A stretch of 64,000 nt of DNA, from NCBI GenBank assembly GCA_011192015.1, contig DUET01000064.1, positions 9,355 through 73,354 of the forward strand. Reading direction: 5' to 3'. Shown here in pieces: positions 52,540-61,417 of this stretch. Origin of the DNA: Anaerolineae bacterium. Its GTDB lineage: Bacteria > Chloroflexota > Anaerolineae > Anaerolineales > E44-bin32. The notes beneath the pieces are model-generated. The model did no database searches. It saw only the letters and a list, made by a program, of their open reading frames with translations, and was not told where the DNA came from. How positions within the stretch are numbered: position 1 is the stretch's first letter; each line of letters begins with the position of its first letter. The translations under genes and the position numbers were made by a program.

Positions 52540-53394
52540 ATGGCAAATGAAATGAGAATTGATGCACTGCTGCCTGCCGAGATGGCGACGCGAGCGGAAT
52601 ACCTGGGTGTTCGCAAGGTGGAGGCTCCGGCGCTCACGACCTTCATACTCGGCATCCTGGCTGGAGCCTTCATCGGCTTGGGCGCCATCTTCTCCACAAC
52701 GGTTGCTGCTGGTACTGCGGGAGTTATGCCATACGGTGTAGCCAAGGTTTTATCCGGATCCGTATTCTGCCTTGGTCTTGTGTTGGTCATCGTCGGTGGC
52801 GCCGAGCTCTTTACCGGCAACAATCTGATCGTCCTGGCCTGGGCCAGCCGGAAAGTCTCTACGCTTGCCCTGTTGCGAAACTGGGCCATCGTCTACGCAG
52901 GGAATCTAATCGGCTCCATCGGCATGGCGGTTCTTCTCTTCCTCAGCAAGCAATACACCTACGGGGACGGTCAGGTGGGGCTCGTCGCCCTTCAGATTGC
53001 TTCCAGCAAGGTCGGTTTGGCGCCCGTCGCGGCGATCTCACTGGGGGTTCTCTGCAACATACTGGTCTGCCTTGCAGTGTGGTTGACCTACAGCGCCCGC
53101 AGCACCCTGGATAAGATCGCCTCGATCCTCTTCCCGATCACCGCATTCGTCGCTGCTGGATTCGAGCACTGCGTCGCCAACATGTACTTCGGATCGATCG
53201 GCCTACTGATCAAGCATTTCGATCCGCACTTCGTGACTGAAGCAGGAGTGGACCTGTCCACACTCACAGAAGGCTCCTTCATCCTCCAGAATCTGCTGCC
53301 GGTCACACTTGGCAACATCATCGGCGGATCCGTTTTCGTTGCTGCCATCTATTGGGTTGTCTATCTGCGCAACGGCAGGAAGCAAACCCAGTGA
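52540..53394 (+). CDS. focA: Formate/nitrite transporter
   Basis: AGAFI, GAELFTGN, CNILVC, GFEHCVANM, VTLGNIIGG. Confidence 0.92.
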   Translation: MANEMRIDALLPAEMATRAEYLGVRKVEAPALTTFILGILAGAFIGLGAIFSTTVAAGTAGVMPYGVAKVLSGSVFCLGLVLVIVGGAELFTGNNLIVLAWASRKVSTLALLRNWAIVYAGNLIGSIGMAVLLFLSKQYTYGDGQVGLVALQIASSKVGLAPVAAISLGVLCNILVCLAVWLTYSARSTLDKIASILFPITAFVAAGFEHCVANMYFGSIGLLIKHFDPHFVTEAGVDLSTLTEGSFILQNLLPVTLGNIIGGSVFVAAIYWVVYLRNGRKQTQ

Positions 53395-53407
53395 GGGGAA
53401 CTTGGAG

Positions 53408-53638
53408 ATGAAAGCCTACATCTTGATCGTCGTCCACACCGGGGAGATCCATAAGGTTGTCCATCAATTGAAACGCGTGGAAGGGGTGGTAGAAACGAGC
53501 ATGACCTTCGGTCCCTACGATGCCATCGCAGTCGTGGAAGCCGAGGACATCCAGGGCATCGGAGATATCTTGGCCTCGAAGATCCAACCCATTCCGGGTG
53601 TCCGAGAAACGCTCACCTGCCTGGCTGTTGAGGGATAG
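53408..53638 (+). CDS. Stand-alone Lrp/AsnC ligand-binding domain
   Basis: AYILI...GPYDAIAVVE...IPGVRETLT; no HTH. Confidence 0.88.
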   Translation: MKAYILIVVHTGEIHKVVHQLKRVEGVVETSMTFGPYDAIAVVEAEDIQGIGDILASKIQPIPGVRETLTCLAVEG

Positions 53639-53788
53639 CCAACCCGGATCTTCCTCCCGTTAACCAGCCAAAGCTCTTGCCGCCAACCTGGGACATTTCC
53701 TCGGCGGAAGATTATACTTATGCCCTGTGTCTGCCTGAGTTGATGGCGGTTTGATTTCCTGCCTCGCACAATTTCAGATGACTGCGAT

Positions 53789-54760
53789 TTGATGATGAAA
53801 CCTGATCCTCCATCAACAACCTCCCGAGCATCATCGCCCCCGCGTGACCGGCATCCGAGCCTCGATTCGCATTGGTTCGGAGCCGTGCTTTGCGCCATTT
53901 CTGCAGCCGGTTTCGCCAGCCTTACGATCCTCAGCAAGTCCGCCATGGCCATGGGGCTCAGTCTGGTGAAGATCCTCATCATTCGTTTTGCATTGGCCGC
54001 GATTCTGCTGTGGATCTACATTGCCGCGCGCCGTGGCAGGGCGGTTTTCCCGGGCTGGAAAATAACCTTGACCCTCCTCGCTCTCGGCACCTTTGGATAC
54101 GCGCTTCAATCATCCCTGTTCTTTACAGGATTGCAGCGCATCTCTGCCTCGCTGACTTCCTTGATCCTGTATGCCTACCCCGTATTTGTGGCACTGCTCG
54201 ATTGGATTTTCAACCGCAAGGTCCCCACATGGCGATCGTGGATCGCCATGGTTGTCGCCTTTGCAGGCGTACTGCTGACTGTCGGGCCTGAGGAGTTATT
54301 TTCCGGCGAGATTGGAAACGACATCGTCGGTGCCGGAGCTGTCCTTCTGGGTTCGGCATTCTACGCCGCCTACCTCGTCGCCGTGGCGCGTGTGTCTCCA
54401 CGTGCGGGGACCTTGGTCAGCACCGCATGGGTATGCGCGGGTGCTTGCATCGGCTTCATGCTTGTGGGTGATTTCCTACCTGCTCTGCAGGGATCCTTCA
54501 ACATGCAATCCGTTGGATTTGCTACGGCCATGGCCGTGATTGGAACGATCATTCCCCTGGGCGCCATCATTGCCGGCATGGAGCGCGTGGGTCCTCTGGT
54601 GGGCTCTCTGATCGCCACACTGGAGCCTGTCTTCACTGTGCTGCTGGCCATGCTGCTTCTGGGGGAACGTCTCAATCTCTTGCAAGCTGCCGGAGGGGGA
54701 TTGGTGCTGCTTGCAGTGATCCTGCTCAATCTACCGATGCGGAAATCGTACAGCAATTAA
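53789..54760 (+). CDS. DMT/EamA family transporter
   Basis: 10 TM helices; LILYAYPVFV, LEPVFTVLLAMLLLGE. Confidence 0.9.
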   Translation: MMMKPDPPSTTSRASSPPRDRHPSLDSHWFGAVLCAISAAGFASLTILSKSAMAMGLSLVKILIIRFALAAILLWIYIAARRGRAVFPGWKITLTLLALGTFGYALQSSLFFTGLQRISASLTSLILYAYPVFVALLDWIFNRKVPTWRSWIAMVVAFAGVLLTVGPEELFSGEIGNDIVGAGAVLLGSAFYAAYLVAVARVSPRAGTLVSTAWVCAGACIGFMLVGDFLPALQGSFNMQSVGFATAMAVIGTIIPLGAIIAGMERVGPLVGSLIATLEPVFTVLLAMLLLGERLNLLQAAGGGLVLLAVILLNLPMRKSYSN

Positions 54761-55266
54761 TCGATGGATTTCCTTGGTGAAACCGCTGGGGGTTCCTCGA
54801 TACCCTCGCCTCGGTAGTCACCAAAGCGCCCCCAAGACTCCACTCGATTGCGTTTGCGCTGCTTGGCATGGAAATGAACCATCACTTGGGAATCTTCCAA
54901 TTCGGGATGATTCTCAAGCAGCGCGCGGTCACCATAGTGGAAGGCTTCGATCACCATGGGCAGATGCCGTCGGAAGATTGCCTCCCGCCACGAAGCGCCT
55001 CCCAGAATCCAGCCCCCGCTTACATGACAGTGGACGTGTAATATGGGTTCATCCTCCATCTGCCATTCGGCAATCACTTCATCCCGCATGAAGCGGGTAT
55101 ACCAGCCGGAGATCTGCTGCTGGTCGACGGCTTCGCCTATTGTGAGAAAGAGATCTCCCGTGGTATCAGAATGTGTGAGGGTGTAGGCGCGAGGAACAAT
55201 GGGCCCTTCGGGAAGGACCCCGTCAGCAAGTTTCACATGCAGTTTGTTCGGATTCAATTCCGACAT
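54757..55266 (-). CDS. Staygreen (SGR) family protein / Mg-dechelatase homologue
   Basis: PRAYTLTHSDTTGDLFLTIG, RDEVIAEW, LHVHCHVSG, YGD, VHFH. Confidence 0.93.
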   Translation of the reverse strand: MSELNPNKLHVKLADGVLPEGPIVPRAYTLTHSDTTGDLFLTIGEAVDQQQISGWYTRFMRDEVIAEWQMEDEPILHVHCHVSGGWILGGASWREAIFRRHLPMVIEAFHYGDRALLENHPELEDSQVMVHFHAKQRKRNRVESWGRFGDYRGEGIEEPPAVSPRKSID

Positions 55267-55318
55267 CATCAACTCCCAACCCCCACATCGAACCGCGCGT
55301 TCACACTTCCACTGCGGA

Positions 55319-55756
55319 TCATTCCAGATGCCGCCGGGTTTGCCAAGCACGATAGGCAAACAAGATCGGCAGCGTGATCCACATCATCACCCCTACCAAC
55401 ACCCACCATGGATGCGCCCTGAGCTGCGCCTCGATCTCGTCCACCACGTCGATTTTTCCGGAATCCGTGGGCTCGAATCGATGCTCATGAATCCATCGTT
55501 GGAAGGGGCCGCGTTCTTGCTCATCCACGAAACCTTGATTGCCGCGGATCTGGCTGTGCCTCGCAATCCAACGAACCGGAACGGGGCCGAACCAGAGCGT
55601 GAAATCCACGCTGGTCCCTTCGGCGATCGGTTCCACATGATGGAATTGGACGAGGATGGGCAGCGGCGTGATGGTCCTCAACACGCGTGGATCTGCATGA
55701 AATGCGGCCACCGCGGCCTGTGAGGCGCGCACAGAGAAACGATGGCGAAAATGCAT
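55319..55756 (-). CDS. SRPBCC family protein
   Basis: FHADP..LRTITP, FVDEQERGPFQRWIHEHRF. Confidence 0.85.
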   Translation of the reverse strand: MHFRHRFSVRASQAAVAAFHADPRVLRTITPLPILVQFHHVEPIAEGTSVDFTLWFGPVPVRWIARHSQIRGNQGFVDEQERGPFQRWIHEHRFEPTDSGKIDVVDEIEAQLRAHPWWVLVGVMMWITLPILFAYRAWQTRRHLE

Positions 55757-55820
55757 GCTCCCTCCGATACGCTCTTCAACCAGATTTGCATGCTTCAGCT
55801 TTTCACGGCAAACTCAAGAT

Positions 55821-56162
55821 TCAAGCGCTCCGAACACGCGCCCGATCGCCAAACCAGAAGCGCTGCCAATCCCCACCGCTCTTGATCAGCGCCACCAGCG
55901 TATACAGGCTGGCCGTGAAGAAGCCCAGGACCATGATGAAGACCACCCACAGCAGCGCTCGGCCCAAAGACGCCTCTCGAAAGATGACCCAGCCTGAGAA
56001 GAGCAGGAAGCCGGCATACAAGTCCACCAGGGAGAGCACGCCCCAAGGCATGCTCACGATCAGGCTGCCTTCGCTGGTGAAATCTCCTGCCAGGAAGGCG
56101 TAGAGCAATCCCCCGGTCATGGCCAACAGACAGAAAACGGCAAGTGCATAAGCAAGCTTCAT
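55821..56162 (-). CDS. DUF1475-like membrane protein
   Basis: PWGVLSLVDLYAGF...WVIFRE. Confidence 0.75.
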   Translation of the reverse strand: MKLAYALAVFCLLAMTGGLLYAFLAGDFTSEGSLIVSMPWGVLSLVDLYAGFLLFSGWVIFREASLGRALLWVVFIMVLGFFTASLYTLVALIKSGGDWQRFWFGDRARVRSA

Positions 56163-56593
56163 CGTCTTTTCCTCTCTCCCTTCCCGAAATACGAATGGAT
56201 ATCCAGTAATTCCTCAGGTCGCACACCATCGAAGAATACCGGTGGTGTATCCCTCATATTTCACAAGGCCCTCACACCATGCAAGATGATGAACCGCCAT
56301 GGATGAGAATGGTACTAAGGTCCTGCGTATACAGTGTAACAAATCGGATTGATTAACGATTACCCATTGCAGGTTGGAAGATCCCTTTCCAGGAAAGGTT
56401 CTTCTAATCTCGATCGGCGCATCGCAATCCTTACCGCACAATGAGAAAACGTTGATGCCGAAGCGGTTTGAGTTGTGTAACATCGAAGCTCACTCTCTCA
56501 AGGATGCGCCGGGGGGCACGGCGATTGTGAGAAATTTAAAAGGTCCCTCAACCGATTGATTTTCTCGCTTCTTCAATCTCGCTCGTCGTGTTA

Positions 56594-56626
56594 GCAAAAG
56601 AGGCCGTGTGGGAGCGGCCTCTTTGC
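56594..56626 (-). terminator. Intrinsic terminator downstream of the helicase
   Basis: GCAAAAGAGGCCG-N8-CGGCCTCTTTGC. Confidence 0.7.
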
Positions 56627-56722
56627 GCGATTCCTGCTCCTGAACTGCACCATGAAGCGCTCCCACTCCGGCAAACGCATGCAGCAAGCCCACATCTTGT
56701 ATCGCCCTGCGAAATCCTGGCA

Positions 56723-59275
56723 TCAAGATGCGTCATCGCTCCGCTGCAGGAGTCTTTCCGCCAATTGCGTGGTGAGCGTCTTGATCTCCAGCCCTCCTGG
56801 TCCAACCGGTCCAACACAAACCGGGCATCCATCCTGGCATCCGCATCCGCGCACCAACTCCAATGCACCTGCGATGAGGTCGGTATGCAGTTCGTAGATG
56901 CGTTCCGACAGCCCTAGTCCTTCCGGCACACGATCGTAGATCGTGATCGTCGGTCCCTGGGTTCTCGGTGAGCGGATTTCCACGTGAGTTCCCAGATCGC
57001 GAGGATCACACATCAAGAACAGCGGCGCAACGTTGCTCAGGGCGTAGGCCAGCCCAGCCAGCGCGCTGCGCGCTCCACGCGCCGCTTCAGCTCGATGATG
57101 GCAAGTCGGACACAGGGTGATCAAGTTATCCAGATCGTTGGCCGAGCGGTCGTTGCGATTCTCCCCCGGCAGGTAGCCGAACTCGCGAAACGGCCGCAGA
57201 TGATGCACATCGTGGGACCGTCCTTCACGCGGCAAAGCACCACATTGCCGACAGACCTGTCCGTCACGATCCAGGGCCTGCCTTCGTGCTCGTTCCCAGC
57301 TGGGGCCGTAATCCACCGGAGCGTGCAGAACACCCTCCGCCTCAAGCTGTTCCACCATCTCCGGTTCGATCCAAAGCCAATAGGCGCTCGTCTCGAATGC
57401 CCGCGGAGGAAGATCGATCGGCCCGTAGCCCAATGTTTCATGCGTGTAGCGTTTGACCTTACGAAAGGATGTGGCCTGTGCGGTGATGCGCGCCCAGCCA
57501 TGCGCCCTGCGTGCGGGCTGGTTTTCATCGGCATCCGCCACTTCGAGGATTTCAAGGTCCGTATTCTCCGAAGCGTCGGTATAGTAATCGACATGCGCCG
57601 CCACAACTTCAGCCAAGGCGTTCTCCCAATCCAAGCGCTCTACGAGGAAGGTGCGTCCCTCGTGTGTATACACTGCACCCTCATGCAGCAGTATACTTGC
57701 TGCGGTTCGATCCACCTCGCCGATCACATTCGGACGCCCTTCTCCAACATCCTGAATTACGACGGTGTCGTTGCCTCCGGATCGCAAGGACACTCCCTCC
57801 GCTGGATAGAAATCAACCAACCAGCGGTACGTGCCGTTCGAGCGATGCAGTTCACCCTCCTCGACCAGAAAATCGAGCAGCTCCGCCGTTTGATCAAAGG
57901 AGCCAAAATGCTCATCCGGCCGGAATGGAAGCTCAAACACCGCACAGCGCAAATGACGAAGCAGGATGGAGAGGTTGTCGGGATTGATGAGCCCCATTTC
58001 TGTGGGCCGCTCGAAGAGAAAGCGCGGATGCGTGATGACAAATTGATCCAGCGGCGCTCCCGAGGCTGCCAACACAACCAATGAAACCTCATTCCGTCTC
58101 CCCGCACGACCGGCTTGCTGCCACAAGCTGGCGATCGTTCCGGGATACCCGGCGATGACGGCAGCCCCCAATTGGCCGATGTCGACGCCCAACTCGAGCG
58201 CATTCGTGGCCACCACGCCTTTCACCGAGCCGTCACGCAAGCCCCGCTCGATCTCCCGGCGTTCCAGAGGCAGGTAGCCGCCTCGATAGCCCCGCACTTC
58301 GGTCGGATCTCCCCCCATCCGCTCGAAGGCATCGCGCACATACCCGAGCAGGACCTCGGTGGTCAAGCGAGCCCGTGCGAAGACCACCGTCTGCACCCTG
58401 CTCGTCAATAAGCGCTCTGCGATGGACGTGGTCTCCAAGGTGTAGGCTCGTCGGATGCCCAGGTTGGGCTCGATCACCGGTGGATTGTAGAGCACGACAT
58501 GCTTCTCCGCTCGCGGCGACCCGTCCAAATCCGCAGAGATCAGAGACACAGGAGCCTCGATCAGTTTCTCGCCTAATTCCTTGGGATTGGCGATTGTGGC
58601 CGAAGTGAGGATGAATTGAGGATCCGACCCGTAGAAACGGCACAGGCGTTTCAAGCGACGAATCAAGTTGGCCACGTTGGAACCGAAAACGCCACGATAC
58701 ACATGCAGCTCGTCGAGCACCACCCACCGCAGGTTCTGCAGCAGCGTCGCCCAGCGTGGATGATGGGGGAGGATTCCCGCATGCAACATGTCGGGGTTGC
58801 TGATCAGCAGTCGTGCTTCGCCGCGAATCCGCCTTCGTCTGGCCTGCGGCGTATCGCCGTCATAGGTTCGAACGGGGACCTGCTCGACAGCCCTCAATTC
58901 ACGCAGGAGAGCGCTCAACGCAGCGGCTTGATCCTGTGAAAGCGCCTTCGTAGGGAAGAGATAGAGAGCCCGCGCCTCCGGATCGTTGAGCAGCATATGG
59001 AGCACCGGCAGGTTGTAACACAGCGTCTTGCCGGAAGCGGTTCGCGTGACCACCACCACATTCTCGCCATCCAGCGCGGCTCGAATGGCGGCCGCTTGAT
59101 GCTTGTAAAGTGCTGAGATCCCCTGGTTGGCGAGCGCCGCCGTCAATCGTCTGTCCAATTCGGGGGGAACCTCCCCGTAGAACGCGGGTTGTGGAGCCAG
59201 GCGCTCCCAGGCGGTCACGTTGCGCATGAAGTCTGGATCGTTTCGCAAACCATCGAATGCATCTAGAATCGACAT
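56723..59275 (-). CDS. MrfA/Hrq1/SftH-like SF2 helicase with DUF1998 and inserted HNH nuclease domain
   Basis: TASGKT, DELH, SATI, ALELGVDIG, QAGRAGR; C-terminal CGCQDGCPVC; internal CRQC...HH...N...CPTCH. Confidence 0.9.
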   Translation of the reverse strand: MSILDAFDGLRNDPDFMRNVTAWERLAPQPAFYGEVPPELDRRLTAALANQGISALYKHQAAAIRAALDGENVVVVTRTASGKTLCYNLPVLHMLLNDPEARALYLFPTKALSQDQAAALSALLRELRAVEQVPVRTYDGDTPQARRRRIRGEARLLISNPDMLHAGILPHHPRWATLLQNLRWVVLDELHVYRGVFGSNVANLIRRLKRLCRFYGSDPQFILTSATIANPKELGEKLIEAPVSLISADLDGSPRAEKHVVLYNPPVIEPNLGIRRAYTLETTSIAERLLTSRVQTVVFARARLTTEVLLGYVRDAFERMGGDPTEVRGYRGGYLPLERREIERGLRDGSVKGVVATNALELGVDIGQLGAAVIAGYPGTIASLWQQAGRAGRRNEVSLVVLAASGAPLDQFVITHPRFLFERPTEMGLINPDNLSILLRHLRCAVFELPFRPDEHFGSFDQTAELLDFLVEEGELHRSNGTYRWLVDFYPAEGVSLRSGGNDTVVIQDVGEGRPNVIGEVDRTAASILLHEGAVYTHEGRTFLVERLDWENALAEVVAAHVDYYTDASENTDLEILEVADADENQPARRAHGWARITAQATSFRKVKRYTHETLGYGPIDLPPRAFETSAYWLWIEPEMVEQLEAEGVLHAPVDYGPSWERARRQALDRDGQVCRQCGALPREGRSHDVHHLRPFREFGYLPGENRNDRSANDLDNLITLCPTCHHRAEAARGARSALAGLAYALSNVAPLFLMCDPRDLGTHVEIRSPRTQGPTITIYDRVPEGLGLSERIYELHTDLIAGALELVRGCGCQDGCPVCVGPVGPGGLEIKTLTTQLAERLLQRSDDAS

Positions 59276-59336
59276 GACGCTGGCATTATACTTGTGGACG
59301 ATCAAACTCAATGCCTGAATGTTGGAGCATATGGAG

Positions 59337-60134
59337 ATGCCCGAGCTTCCCGAGATCCACCTCTTCGCCAAGGACATGCACCAGGAATTGGTTGGCAAGA
59401 CCTTCGACGCTGTCGAGATCGTGCAACCCAAGTCCCTGAATCTTCCCCCAGAGGATTTTCGAGGCCGCCTGATCGGAACCTCCATCCAGGCCGTTTCCTA
59501 CCACGGCAAGTGGATCCAGCTTGAACTCTCCAAGGGGTGGTTGTTGATCAATCTCGGCATGGGCGGTGAGATCTTGCTGATCACAGATGAAAACTACCCG
59601 GAAAAGGTCCGCCTCGCATTCCGCTTCACGGACGGAAGCAGTCTCGCCGTGAATTTCTGGTGGTTCGGTTATGCCCACTGGGCTGATACGCTGGCAGACC
59701 ATGCCATGACTGCCAAGCTGGGACCCAATGCCATCGACTTGAGTCTGGAAGCGTTTCGCTCGTTGCTCCAGGGCCGACGCGGGGCCATCAAGCCTTTTCT
59801 CCTAAACCAGGCTCGTATCGCTGGAATTGGGAACGTGACCGTGCAGGATCCACTCTTCCGAGCGCGCATCCATCCCATGCGCAAGATCTCCGATCTCAGC
59901 GACGATGAGGTCGAGGCGCTTTATGGAGAGATCCAGCACACGCTGCGGGAAGCCATCGAGCACGGCGGCAGCAAGTGGGAGCGCAACCTCTATGGCCGGC
60001 ATGGGAGCTGGGGCAAGGACTTCTTTTCCGTGGCCTACAGACTTGACGAACCCTGCCCGGTCTGCGGCAAAACCATCGAAAAGATCAAAACCGGAAGCAC
60101 CAGCAGCTACATCTGTGCACATTGTCAGCTGTAG
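59337..60134 (+). CDS. Fpg/Nei family DNA glycosylase (atypical)
   Basis: N-terminal PELPE, GK; H2TH LLNQARIAGIGN; zinc finger CPVC...CAHCQ. Confidence 0.88.
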   Translation: MPELPEIHLFAKDMHQELVGKTFDAVEIVQPKSLNLPPEDFRGRLIGTSIQAVSYHGKWIQLELSKGWLLINLGMGGEILLITDENYPEKVRLAFRFTDGSSLAVNFWWFGYAHWADTLADHAMTAKLGPNAIDLSLEAFRSLLQGRRGAIKPFLLNQARIAGIGNVTVQDPLFRARIHPMRKISDLSDDEVEALYGEIQHTLREAIEHGGSKWERNLYGRHGSWGKDFFSVAYRLDEPCPVCGKTIEKIKTGSTSSYICAHCQL

Positions 60135-60157
60135 TCCTGGTACGTAAGCGAGGACGC

Positions 60158-61417
60158 ATGACGAAACCGTATCCACCACCCGGATTTGTCCCGGCTGAAT
60201 CTTCCGTGGAGGGCATCCAGGTGTTCAAGCCTGCACCGGAGCAGGAAGATGCCCAACCAGTCGTGACCTTCAAGTGCCCCCAATGCGGCGCCACCACGGC
60301 TTACAGCGTTGCCGAAGGCGGTCTGACCTGCACCCACTGCGGTTATTACGAACCCCCCGAGAAGCCCATCGTCGGCAAGGGAGCGGAGGAATTCGAGTTC
60401 AAGGTCGAAACCCTCGAGCGTGCTGCCCACGGTTGGGGCCAGGAGCGCAGGGATCTCATCTGCGAAAATTGCGGCGCCATCACTTCCCTGCCGGAAGGCG
60501 CTCTGGCCTCCACCTGCCCCTTCTGCGGTTCCAACCAGGTCATCCAACGCCCCGCCAATCAGGACGCCCTACGCCCGCGCTTTCTGATTCCCTTCAAGGT
60601 GGAGATGACCGCCTGTCGGAAAGCGATACGCGATTGGTTGGGCAGCAGCTGGATGACGCCCGGTGCTCTGCGGAAACTCGCCGACGTGCATCGCTTGACC
60701 TCCATCTATCTCCCCTTCTGGACCTTCGACGCCGTAACCCACGCCGATTGGAGAGCCGAAGTCGGGCACACCAAGACCGAACGCTACCGCTCTGGAGGGG
60801 AATGGAAGACGCGCACCGTGACTGTTTGGCGCTGGGAATCCGGGCACGTCGACTTGCCGTTCGACGACATCCTCATCGACGGAACCACCCGCGTCAGCAA
60901 CCTGCTTCTGAATCGAATCAAAGATTTCGACCTCAAGCAGCTTGCTTCCTTCGAGCCAAAGTATCTGGCCGGTTTCCATGCGATGTCCTACGACGTAGAG
61001 TTGGAGCCGGCATGGGACATTGCCAGAGGGATCATGAGGGAGCGCACGCGCGCCGCCTGCCGATCGCAAGCCAGCACATCCAAGATCCGCAACTTCAGCA
61101 TGGGCCTGGATTTCTCCGACGAAACCTGGCGCTACATCCTGGTCCCCACCTACCTGGCGCCCTATACCTACGGGAACCAAACCTTCCAGGTCATTGTCAA
61201 CGCGCAGACCGGCGCTATCGCAGGCCAGCGCCCGGCGGATTGGGGCAAGATTATCGCCGTGCTTGGAGCCGGGTTGGTGCCGGGAGCCCTGACGGCGCTG
61301 CTCGGTGTGATCCTCGGCAGTTCGATTGCCACTCTGGTGGGTGTAGGATTTTTCGGCATCGCCGCGGTTATCAGCATCGTGATCATCGTCATGGCGTCGA
61401 GGTTGGATGATGTCTGA
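60158..61417 (+). CDS. Zinc-ribbon membrane protein (YdjG-like)
   Basis: CPQC, CTHC, CENC, CPFC; YLPFW; NAQTG; two C-terminal TM helices. Confidence 0.7.
   Translation: MTKPYPPPGFVPAESSVEGIQVFKPAPEQEDAQPVVTFKCPQCGATTAYSVAEGGLTCTHCGYYEPPEKPIVGKGAEEFEFKVETLERAAHGWGQERRDLICENCGAITSLPEGALASTCPFCGSNQVIQRPANQDALRPRFLIPFKVEMTACRKAIRDWLGSSWMTPGALRKLADVHRLTSIYLPFWTFDAVTHADWRAEVGHTKTERYRSGGEWKTRTVTVWRWESGHVDLPFDDILIDGTTRVSNLLLNRIKDFDLKQLASFEPKYLAGFHAMSYDVELEPAWDIARGIMRERTRAACRSQASTSKIRNFSMGLDFSDETWRYILVPTYLAPYTYGNQTFQVIVNAQTGAIAGQRPADWGKIIAVLGAGLVPGALTALLGVILGSSIATLVGVGFFGIAAVISIVIIVMASRLDDV

Noticed and set aside
57083-57310. Intein in the helicase
   Set aside because: The insert is short and lacks N-terminal C/S and C-terminal HN splice motifs; treated as a domain insertion.
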